Source: Caenispirillum bisanense (GTDB lineage: Bacteria > Pseudomonadota > Alphaproteobacteria > Rhodospirillales > UBA2165). Taken from it: a stretch of 64,000 bases of DNA. A model generated the notes under the pieces. The model saw only the letters and a program-made list of their open reading frames with translations, was not told the origin of the DNA and made no database searches. Position numbers and translations under genes: made by a program. This document shows positions 57,620-64,000 of this stretch, piece after piece. Positions within the stretch are counted from its first letter, which is position 1, and the number at the start of each line of letters is the position of its first letter. The stretch covers positions 8,596-72,595 of the forward strand of contig CAMDWJ010000019.1 in the NCBI GenBank assembly GCA_945877815.1. Direction: 5' to 3'.

Positions 57620-57731
57620 CGCCGACTTGTGATTCCAGTCACATCGCTTGGACGGCCGCTCAGGCACTCTCCAATCTTCCCTCAAGAGCATAACTCAACC
57701 GGTCCGACGTAAGTCGGGCCGGTATTTTTTT
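57620..57731 (+). ncRNA. Candidate small RNA or 5' attenuator ending at the strong terminator upstream of queF
   Basis: An AT-rich promoter-like stretch (TTCAAA 57588-57593 ... TATGAA 57609-57614). A pyrimidine tract TCTTCCCTC at 57675-57683. A 10-bp-stem terminator at 57699-57731. The 5' end is not determined. Confidence 0.3.
57699..57731 (+). terminator. Rho-independent terminator
   Basis: CCGGTCCGAC GTAA GTCGGGCCGG (10-bp stem with one G-U pair, tetraloop), followed by TATTTTTTT. Confidence 0.85.
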
Positions 57732-57765
57732 GCGTTCAGCCATGGAGCGAAGTAGGTTCCGCCCC

Positions 57766-58230
57766 ATGACCGATCCAGATTACAAGAACCTCGACCAACT
57801 CGGTCGCCACGCCCCCCTTCCCGCCTCGCCCGACGAAGCGGTACTAGAGCATGTGCCGAACCCGCACCTGGATTCGCCCTACCTCGTCCGTTTCACCTGC
57901 CCGGAATTCACCTCGCTCTGCCCGGTGACCGGACAGCCGGACTTCGCCCATCTGGTGATCGACTATGTGCCCAACGGCGCCATCGTGGAGAGCAAGTCGC
58001 TGAAGCAATATCTGGCTTCCTACCGCAACCATGCCGCCTTCCACGAGGCCTGCACGATCGACATCGCCAAGCGCATCGAAGCCGCTATCACGCCCGCGTG
58101 GCTCAGGATCGGTGGCTATTGGTATCCGCGCGGCGGCATTCCCATCGATGTGTTCTACCAGTCCGGCCCGCCGCCCGCAGGCCTATGGCTCCCCGACCAG
58201 GGTGTCGCGCCGTACAGAGGACGCGGTTAG
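57766..58230 (+). CDS. queF: NADPH-dependent 7-cyano-7-deazaguanine reductase (type I QueF)
   Basis: [19 protein letters not shown] and ESKSLKQYL motifs. The start could be ATG 57766, 57742 or 57730. Confidence 0.9.
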   Translation: MTDPDYKNLDQLGRHAPLPASPDEAVLEHVPNPHLDSPYLVRFTCPEFTSLCPVTGQPDFAHLVIDYVPNGAIVESKSLKQYLASYRNHAAFHEACTIDIAKRIEAAITPAWLRIGGYWYPRGGIPIDVFYQSGPPPAGLWLPDQGVAPYRGRG

Positions 58231-58232
58231 GC

Positions 58233-58610
58233 TTGGCCGAACAGGCGCGCTTTCTCGTTGTCGTCATCGCCCTCATCGAAGATGAGGGCCACATCCTGTT
58301 CCTCAAACGCGCGGACTGGAAGGACCACGACCCCGGTTCCTTGGAATGCGTGTCCTGAACTGTCGATTCTGGTGAAAGCCCGGCACAGGCAGCAATCCGC
58401 GAAGCGAAAGAGGAAAGAGGCTTCGACGTCGAGATCGTAGCCGTCCTTGATAATTTCAACTTCCGACTCGGACCAAGGCGCGAAGAAGCGATCGGAATCA
58501 CATTCCATTGCAAGCGCCTGCGCGGCGAACTGTGACTGTCGGACGAGCATACGGACTCTCGTTGGGTCGCCATCGGCACCGACCAAGGTTCGATGCTAAT
58601 GCGGAGTTGA
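58233..58610 (+). pseudogene. Nudix hydrolase (NudB/MutT-like) reading frame interrupted by two in-frame TGA codons
   Basis: A single frame reads (L)AEQARFLVVVIALIEDEGHILFLKRADWKDHDPGSLECVS*TVDSGESPAQAAIREAKEERGFDVEIV...CKRLRGEL*LSDEHTDSRWV... The TGA at 58356-58358 replaces the first Gly of the Nudix box GX5EX7REUXEEXGU. The second TGA is at 58533-58535. Confidence 0.75.
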
Positions 58611-58671
58611 TCAACTGTTTTCACCAGCTGAGCCGCAGAAGGTAAGAGTCGGGATAACCATACCCCTCGCC

Positions 58672-58700
58672 GTCATTCCCACGAAAGCGGGAATCCAAGG
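58672..58700. repeat. Family-C REP-like hairpin (GTCATTCCCGCGAAAGCGGGAATCCAGG type)
   Basis: gtcattcccacgaaagcgggaatccaagg. It lies 27 nt beyond the stop of the GIY-YIG gene. Confidence 0.8.
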
Positions 58701-58727
58701 GCCAAATTTCAGCGCGTCACTATCTTC

Positions 58728-59000
58728 TTAGAGATCGCGCCATTGCGGATTGTCGCGCTCGATTAGTTCGAGCTTCCAAGCCCGCCGCCACTTCTTGATT
58801 TGCTTTTCGCACGCAATTGCGTTGGGCATGGTGTCGTGGAATTGGGCATAGACCAGCCGATGAGCCGCATACTTTTTCGTGAACCCATCGACGGCATCGG
58901 ATTTATGTTCCCAGATGCGTCGAATGACGTCGTTGGTTACGCCAACATAGAGCGTGCCGTTCCGTTCGCTCGCCAATATATAAACGCAAGGTTGAACCAT
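58728..59000 (-). CDS. GIY-YIG nuclease family protein (small, UPF0213-like)
   Basis: VYILASERNGTLYVGVTNDVIRRIWEHK ... a GIY-YIG-type N-terminus and KQIKKWRRAWKLELIE. Confidence 0.85.
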   Translation of the reverse strand: MVQPCVYILASERNGTLYVGVTNDVIRRIWEHKSDAVDGFTKKYAAHRLVYAQFHDTMPNAIACEKQIKKWRRAWKLELIERDNPQWRDL

Positions 59001-59004
59001 GATC

Positions 59005-59032
59005 CCTGGATTCCCGCTTTCGCGGGAATGAC
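59005..59032. repeat. Family-C REP-like hairpin, inverted relative to the copy at 58672
   Basis: cctggattcccgctttcgcgggaatgac is the reverse complement of gtcattcccgcgaaagcgggaatccagg. It starts 4 nt from the GIY-YIG start codon. Confidence 0.8.
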
Positions 59033-59085
59033 GGCTAATAGGATTGCAACTCTACTGCATCAGTTTATCAGCCATATACCTCATC

Positions 59086-59113
59086 GTCATTCCCGCGAAT
59101 GCGGGAATCCAGG
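59086..59113. repeat. Family-C REP-like hairpin, same orientation as the copy at 58672
   Basis: gtcattcccgcgaatgcgggaatccagg. Confidence 0.8.
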
Positions 59114-59258
59114 CGGCACCCTCATCGTCCGTGACGCTTCAGCCATTGGTCGCGCGCAATTCGCGCACCGCAACGCGATGAACGCCGCCGCGCGCCGGGG
59201 CGTCTTCCGTTCACTCGCCGCTATATCGCATACCGAGGTCGGAACAAACGAGACGGAC

Positions 59259-60149
59259 TCAGCCACCGAACCCGTACAACCGCGCCGGATTATCGACCAG
59301 GATCTTCTTGCGCAAGCTCTCGTCCGGCACATAGAGGCCGAAGAGATCGACGAGATCGGCATCGTTTGGCATATAGCCGTCGATATTCGGATGCGGCCAG
59401 TCGGTGCCCCACAGGATGCGGTCCGGCGCCGCCGCAACGAGTTCTTGCGCATAGGGGATGACATCGTGGAACGGCGTGCCCGCGACCGACAGACGCTCGG
59501 CACCGGTTATTTTCACCCAGGCGTCGGAATTCTTCAGATACCCGAGCAGCAGCTGAAACGCCTTTTGCTGAAGGCCCTGATCGGGATGGATTCGTGCCAT
59601 ATGGTCGAACACCACCGGCACCCCGAGCTTACTGAGTTCGGCAGCATTTTCGACCACGTCGTCGGCTTCCATATAGATGACAGCGTGCCAGCCGAACGGC
59701 TTCATCTTGTCGCACACCATTTTGATCTTGGAAAAATCCGGCTTGTTGCCGCCCGACAGATGGCGCGCGAAGGAAAAACGCGCGCCGCGCACGCCGCCTT
59801 TGTGCAGGCGTTCCAGTTCCGTGTCGCTGACATCGGGGTTGACCATGCAGATGCCGCGATAACGCTCCGGCGCCCAGGCGATGCAATCGAGCATCGCTTC
59901 GTTGTCGTCGCCATGACAGGTCGCCTGCACGATCACGGCGCGCTCCAACCCGAGCAGATCGTGCAGTGCCCGTAGCTTTTCCCTCGGCGCATCAGGCGGC
60001 GTGTAGCTGCGCTTTGGATGATAGGGAAACTTGTCGCCCGGCCCGAAGATGTGGCAATGCGCGTCGCAGGCGTGCGCCGGCAATTTCAGCATCGGTTTGG
60101 TCGTGTTTGGGTTGGGGCCCTGGATCGTCGGGATCGTCTCGTCCGGCAT
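59259..60149 (-). CDS. Amidohydrolase-2 family protein, LigI (2-pyrone-4,6-dicarboxylate lactonase)-like
   Basis: DAHCHIFGP near the N-terminus and WGTDWPHPN near the C-terminus are typical of LigI-type lactonases. Confidence 0.75.
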   Translation of the reverse strand: MPDETIPTIQGPNPNTTKPMLKLPAHACDAHCHIFGPGDKFPYHPKRSYTPPDAPREKLRALHDLLGLERAVIVQATCHGDDNEAMLDCIAWAPERYRGICMVNPDVSDTELERLHKGGVRGARFSFARHLSGGNKPDFSKIKMVCDKMKPFGWHAVIYMEADDVVENAAELSKLGVPVVFDHMARIHPDQGLQQKAFQLLLGYLKNSDAWVKITGAERLSVAGTPFHDVIPYAQELVAAAPDRILWGTDWPHPNIDGYMPNDADLVDLFGLYVPDESLRKKILVDNPARLYGFGG

Positions 60150-60152
60150 GGT

Positions 60153-61268
60153 CTATTCCGCCGCCTTTGAAAGATACTGTTGCTTGCCGTCCCACACGGA
60201 GGACGGAACCAGGATATTGCCTTCGAACAGACGTCGCGCGGTGCGCAGCAGGGCGGCGCGCTTGATGACCGGCGCATTGGCCGGCCCCTCGAATTCCATC
60301 TCGACCGACATCTCCCCGGTCGGATGTTCGACCGAGAACATCTTGCGCTTGCCTTCGGGGATCTTGGCGACGCGCGAGGCGGTCGTGCCCGGCAGGATGC
60401 AGGCGGTCGCCACTGATACGGCGGCAAAGACTCCGATGGCGGCGTGGCAATCGTGCGGAATAAAGGAGCGCGTGGCGATCGAGCCGCTGTTCTGAGCGGG
60501 CGCCACGAGCGTCATCTTGGGCACCGACAGATCCTTCACGTCGCCGAGATTCATCATCGGTCCGACCTTGAGGCGAAGATCTTCGATGATCTTCTTGAGT
60601 TCGACGTCGGCGTTCAGTTCGTCGCGGGATTCATATCCGGTACGCCCAACCGCCTTGGCTTCCAGGATCACGCAGGGCATGCCGTTATCGACGAGGGTCA
60701 CTTCGATGCCGTTGACGACATCGACGAGATTGCCGGTCGGCAGAAGTGCTCCGCAGGTCGAACCTTCGGTGCCGCGAAAATTGGTCATCACCGAGGCCGA
60801 GGTGCCGGGTACGCCGTCGATGCGTGCCGCGCCGTCATAGGTGACCACGCCGCCCGGCGTCGGGAAGGTCAAATCGCACAGCGAGTCGGTGTTTTCCATA
60901 TAGACGGTGAGCGTGGTTTCGTCGCCGCGCGCCGTGATCATCCCCTGCTCGATCGCGAACTGGCCGACACCGGCCAGCATATTGCCGCAATTCTGCTTGG
61001 TGGTGGCCACCGGCTTTTCAACCATCACCTGGATGAACAGGTAATCGAGATCGACGCCGGGTCGGGTCGAGCGTTTGACGACGGCGACCTTACTGGTCAG
61101 CGGATCGGCGCCACCGACGCCGTCGATTTGGCGTTCGTCCGGCGAGCCCAATGCGGCCAACAGAACCTGCTCACGCAGCTTTTCGTCTTCGGGCAGATCG
61201 GACGCCTTGAAGAACGGTCCCTTGGACGTGCCGCCGCGCATCAACACACAGGGGATTTTTGTTTGCAT
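60153..61268 (-). CDS. PrpF-family isomerase (4-oxalomesaconate tautomerase / methylaconitate isomerase type)
   Basis: IPCVLMRGGTSKGPFF N-terminus, DGVGGADPLTSKVAVV, and a second-half CHAAIGV-type motif. Confidence 0.78.
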   Translation of the reverse strand: MQTKIPCVLMRGGTSKGPFFKASDLPEDEKLREQVLLAALGSPDERQIDGVGGADPLTSKVAVVKRSTRPGVDLDYLFIQVMVEKPVATTKQNCGNMLAGVGQFAIEQGMITARGDETTLTVYMENTDSLCDLTFPTPGGVVTYDGAARIDGVPGTSASVMTNFRGTEGSTCGALLPTGNLVDVVNGIEVTLVDNGMPCVILEAKAVGRTGYESRDELNADVELKKIIEDLRLKVGPMMNLGDVKDLSVPKMTLVAPAQNSGSIATRSFIPHDCHAAIGVFAAVSVATACILPGTTASRVAKIPEGKRKMFSVEHPTGEMSVEMEFEGPANAPVIKRAALLRTARRLFEGNILVPSSVWDGKQQYLSKAAE

Positions 61269-61398
61269 GATTGCCTCCCGTTCACGAAACCATACGCAAA
61301 TCTCATTTGCGGCCGATATTTAACCGCCACAACGAGGTTTTGCGGTATCATAAGCAACGCTATTTCCCGCCACAACCTGTCACAACTGGACATTTCCG

Positions 61399-62367
61399 AT
61401 GACGCTTCCGCGCAGATTTCCTGCCATCGGCCTTGGCGTCCTCACTATTCTTCTCTGCGTGCTTGCCGGAATGATCGCATTCGGCACTGAGTCCCCGTCG
61501 CCGCCCCTCGCCTCCATCGGCGCACCGTTCCGCTCAGTCGACTATTCCGATCTGCCGCGCCCGGCCAAGTACCCTGCCCGCGACGACGCCCAACTCACGT
61601 TCCGCACCTATCCCGCAGATCCGGCGCGCATCGCCGTCATGGTACATGGCTCTTCATCCAATGGCCCTTCGCTCCACTCCATGGCCAAGGCGGCTCAAGC
61701 CGCTGGATTCACCGTAGAGGCCCTCGACGTGCGCGGCCATGGCGAGTCGGGAACAACGGGCGACATCACTTACAACGGTCAGCTCGACGACGATCTCGCC
61801 GACTTCGTGGCTTACTTGCGCAAGCAATCTCCCGGCGCAACTCTCGTGCTGGTGGGATTTTCCTCCGGCGGCGGCTTCGCACTGCGCACCGCCGGCGGTG
61901 TCAACGGCGATTTGTTCGACCGTTACGTCTTGGTATCGCCCGCTCTGCCGCACGACGCACCGACAATCCGACCCAATACCGGCGGATGGGTCACGCCGTT
62001 CATCCCCAGGATCATCGGACTGACCATCCTGGACCGGTTGGGCATCCATGCCTTCGAACATCTCGCCGTCGTCGCCTTCGCGGTTAATCCGGCCTCGTCC
62101 TCAAACCCGACACCGAGCTATTCCTATCGTTTGCAGCAGAATTTCGCCGCGCATGCCGATTTCCGTGCCGATATCAGAAACATACGCAAGCCAACGCGCG
62201 TAATGGTCGGCTCCAACGACGAGCTGTTCATCGCCGACGAATTCGCTCCTTTATTCAGGAGCGAGCGAGCCAGCATACCGGTCAAGATACTGCCCGGCCT
62301 CGGCCATACCGAAATGAGCGTGAGGCCAGAGGCGCTGGCCTCTATCGCAACAGCGCTCACCGACTAG
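61399..62367 (+). CDS. Alpha/beta hydrolase with N-terminal membrane anchor
   Basis: HGSSSNG oxyanion region, nucleophile elbow GFSSGGG, and C-terminal LGH. Confidence 0.75.
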   Translation: MTLPRRFPAIGLGVLTILLCVLAGMIAFGTESPSPPLASIGAPFRSVDYSDLPRPAKYPARDDAQLTFRTYPADPARIAVMVHGSSSNGPSLHSMAKAAQAAGFTVEALDVRGHGESGTTGDITYNGQLDDDLADFVAYLRKQSPGATLVLVGFSSGGGFALRTAGGVNGDLFDRYVLVSPALPHDAPTIRPNTGGWVTPFIPRIIGLTILDRLGIHAFEHLAVVAFAVNPASSSNPTPSYSYRLQQNFAAHADFRADIRNIRKPTRVMVGSNDELFIADEFAPLFRSERASIPVKILPGLGHTEMSVRPEALASIATALTD

Positions 62368-62381
62368 ACGACACACGTCGA

Positions 62382-63920
62382 TCATTTCCAGAAATAATCC
62401 CCCGGCCGCGTCTCGGTCTTCGAGGTTAGGCCCGGCTTGATCTCGACCTCCTTCGCGTGGATGAAGAGGTTGGGCTGCTCGCTGATCGGCATGATGAGTG
62501 CCTCCTGGTTCACGCGATCCATGGCTGCCTTGTAGATCTCGGTTCGCTTGGCGAGATCGAGGGTCTTAGCGCCCTCGTCATAGGCCTTCTTAATCAGCGG
62601 ATCGCCGGAATAATCGCGGTCGGCGCCGAAGAATACATCCATGATGTTGATCAGATTGGGCTGCGAGAAGGTGGGATATTCCGCCACCAACGCCGTCAGC
62701 TTCCCGTCGCCGCGCAATTTCGTATAGACCGCGATGGTCAGCGGCTGCACCGAGGCGCGGATACCGACCCTGCGCAGATCGCCCGCGATGGCTTCGGCGA
62801 CCGCCTTGTATGGCGTGAAGGCCGACAGCTCCATCTCGAAACCGTCGGGCTTGCCGGCCTCGGCCAACAACTTTTTGGCGCCTTCCGGATCATAGGCATA
62901 GGGCTTGGTCGAACTGGCGCACCCGATGTTGTCGCTGAAACAGATGGCATCGGGGCGCACCGCGATGTTGGCGCCCGGCACGAAAGCCTTGATGATCTTT
63001 TCGCGATCGACCGCCTTGATGAAGGCCTCGCGCATCCGTTTATCGGTGAATATCTTGTTGTCGGAGCGTCCGGCCGCGTCGAGCGTCACGTAAACCAACA
63101 GGCGCGTCGAGAATGGCGTGATGGTGAAGTTTGGATTGTTCGCGAATTCGGCCAGAAGGTCTGGCTGCACCTTGGCAAGTACGTGCACGCCCCCGGTCAG
63201 AAGCTGCGCAATCTGGGTCTGGCGGTCGGGAACCGGTACGCCGACAATATTCTTGATGGGGGCGCGGATATTCGTGAGCTTGGAAACGGCTTCGTCGTTG
63301 CGCGTCAGGCGAATATTGCCGCCATGATCGATCGAGACGAGTTTATAAGCACCGGTCGAGGATGCCGACGTGCGACCGTAGGATTGTTTATCCTCAAGCT
63401 TCTCGTGAATATTCTTGTCGAGAATATGGAATCGGTAGGCCATGACCTCTAGATCGTCGGGCCGCGCCGCCTTGGCATGAACGCGCACTTTGTAGGGAGA
63501 CAGAATTTCGACCTTCTCGACCCAATCGTAGCGCTGCTTGAAGCGGATGCTGACCTTGGGATCGGCGATATATTCGAGCGTATATTTGACGTCTTCCGCG
63601 CTGAAATGGTTGCCGCTCGAGAAATTTATGTTTTCGCGCAGATCGAATTCGAGCGTCTTGTCGTCGATACGGCGCCATGCCTTGGCAAGCTCGCCGACGA
63701 ACTCGCCCTTATACTCGTCGTAAACGACGAGACGGCCGAAGACCTCGCGGTTCCATTGATTGGCCTCGTTGGCCGGGACCCAGAACGGATCGATCATCGG
63801 AAAGGGATCGAGCACCGTGAGCTTCAGGGTATCGCTCGCCTTTTGCGCCATCGCCGGAGCCACAAAAGCCGCACCCGTCAAAAGCAACGCCGCCGCTGCC
63901 GTCATTGTTTTCAAACGCAT
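62382..63920 (-). CDS. ABC transporter substrate-binding protein, family 5; paralog of 39840..41378
   Basis: Signal peptide MRLKTMTAAAALLLTGAAFVAPAMAQ. AAGGAG lies upstream. Long shared blocks with the other SBP (W.RIDDKTLEF.LR, FSAEDVK.TLEY.ADPKV.IRFK.RYDWVE.VEIL.PYKVR.H). Confidence 0.85.
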   Translation of the reverse strand: MRLKTMTAAAALLLTGAAFVAPAMAQKASDTLKLTVLDPFPMIDPFWVPANEANQWNREVFGRLVVYDEYKGEFVGELAKAWRRIDDKTLEFDLRENINFSSGNHFSAEDVKYTLEYIADPKVSIRFKQRYDWVEKVEILSPYKVRVHAKAARPDDLEVMAYRFHILDKNIHEKLEDKQSYGRTSASSTGAYKLVSIDHGGNIRLTRNDEAVSKLTNIRAPIKNIVGVPVPDRQTQIAQLLTGGVHVLAKVQPDLLAEFANNPNFTITPFSTRLLVYVTLDAAGRSDNKIFTDKRMREAFIKAVDREKIIKAFVPGANIAVRPDAICFSDNIGCASSTKPYAYDPEGAKKLLAEAGKPDGFEMELSAFTPYKAVAEAIAGDLRRVGIRASVQPLTIAVYTKLRGDGKLTALVAEYPTFSQPNLINIMDVFFGADRDYSGDPLIKKAYDEGAKTLDLAKRTEIYKAAMDRVNQEALIMPISEQPNLFIHAKEVEIKPGLTSKTETRPGDYFWK

Positions 63921-63925
63921 GATAT

Positions 63926-64000
63926 TTACTCCTTCGAAATAGCGCGCAAGCTTGCCGTCAATTCGGATACATCCGTCATCGTGGGCAGGCGTCGAATCTG
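63926..64000 (-). CDS. 3' end of an unidentified gene running in from beyond the window end
   Basis: The reverse strand is open from the window edge to TAA at 63928-63926 (..QIRRLPTMTDVSELTASLRAISKE*). Only 24 codons are visible, so neither identity nor reality can be judged. Confidence 0.25.
   Translation of the reverse strand, partial: QIRRLPTMTDVSELTASLRAISKE

Noticed and set aside
57640-57698. A possible preQ1-I riboswitch aptamer ahead of queF.
   Set aside because: I find only a 4-bp CTCT/AGAG pairing and no A-rich ..AAAAAACUA tail or conserved loop residues. It does not match the known consensus by eye. I kept it only as an attenuator or sRNA hypothesis.
58227-58586. A 119-aa minus-strand ORF downstream of queF.
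   Set aside because: It lies exactly antisense to a frame that reads as a complete Nudix hydrolase, apart from two TGA codons. It has no motifs of its own. I treat it as an artefact of the interrupted plus-strand gene.
1-64000. A scan for CRISPR arrays, rRNA and tRNA genes, integrases and transposases.
   Set aside because: I recognised none by eye. The only regular short-period repeat is the 11-bp array, which has no spacers and is not CRISPR-like. A tRNAscan or Infernal run would be the definitive check for small RNAs.

Overview
High-GC alphaproteobacterial chromosome segment. The Hfq sequence, the dusB-ntrBC-ntrYX-trkA block, an IspDF fusion and the intergenic repeat types suggest a Rhodospirillales/Rhizobiales-like organism, but I cannot verify the taxon. 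I called everything by reading the sequence and the ORF track by eye, with no searches.

Layout:
- 1-2.3 kb: sugar-acid dehydratase plus oxidoreductase. The dehydratase is open at the window edge and is missing from the ORF track.
- 2.4-9.9 kb: cell-envelope and housekeeping block (ydcF-like, mltB-like, rlpA, D-Ala-D-Ala carboxypeptidase, tmk, holB, metG).
- 10.0-29.8 kb: a very compact, strand-alternating cobalamin cluster. It holds cbtBA, cobT, cobS, cobC, one cobalamin riboswitch, cobU-W-N-O-Q, cbiB, cbiX-cobL-E-M, cbiD, cobB and cobD. It appears to sit between metG and tatD.
- 29.8-35.8 kb: tatD, MBL hydrolase, FecR-domain protein, mazG, a lipoprotein, a second HIBADH-type oxidoreductase and an inositol monophosphatase.
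- 35.8-39.8 kb: an accessory islet. It opens with a strictly 11-bp-periodic repeat array, followed by brnTA, mrr, hicAB, an orphan BrnA-like gene, a TerB-like gene and nested miniature repeats.
- 39.8-57.2 kb: core genes (orphan SBP, lrgAB, hflX-hfq, HAD, D-aminotransferase, trkA, ntrXY, ntrCB, dusB, ccsA-like, ispDF, cutA).
- 57.2-64 kb: a hypothetical gene and a strong orphan terminator (candidate sRNA or attenuator) ahead of queF. Then a Nudix gene with two in-frame TGA codons, a GIY-YIG gene bracketed by inverted REP-like hairpins, a LigI-like/PrpF-like pair, an alpha/beta hydrolase and a second orphan SBP paralog.

I saw no rRNA, tRNA or CRISPR.

Most unusual signals:
- the 11 x 11-bp ATCGACA array
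- the REPtron-like GIY-YIG cassette
- the TGA-interrupted Nudix gene, masked by an antisense shadow ORF
- a TIR/TSD-bounded MITE nested inside another repeat
- the coexistence of CobN-type and CbiX-type chelatase genes in one cob cluster
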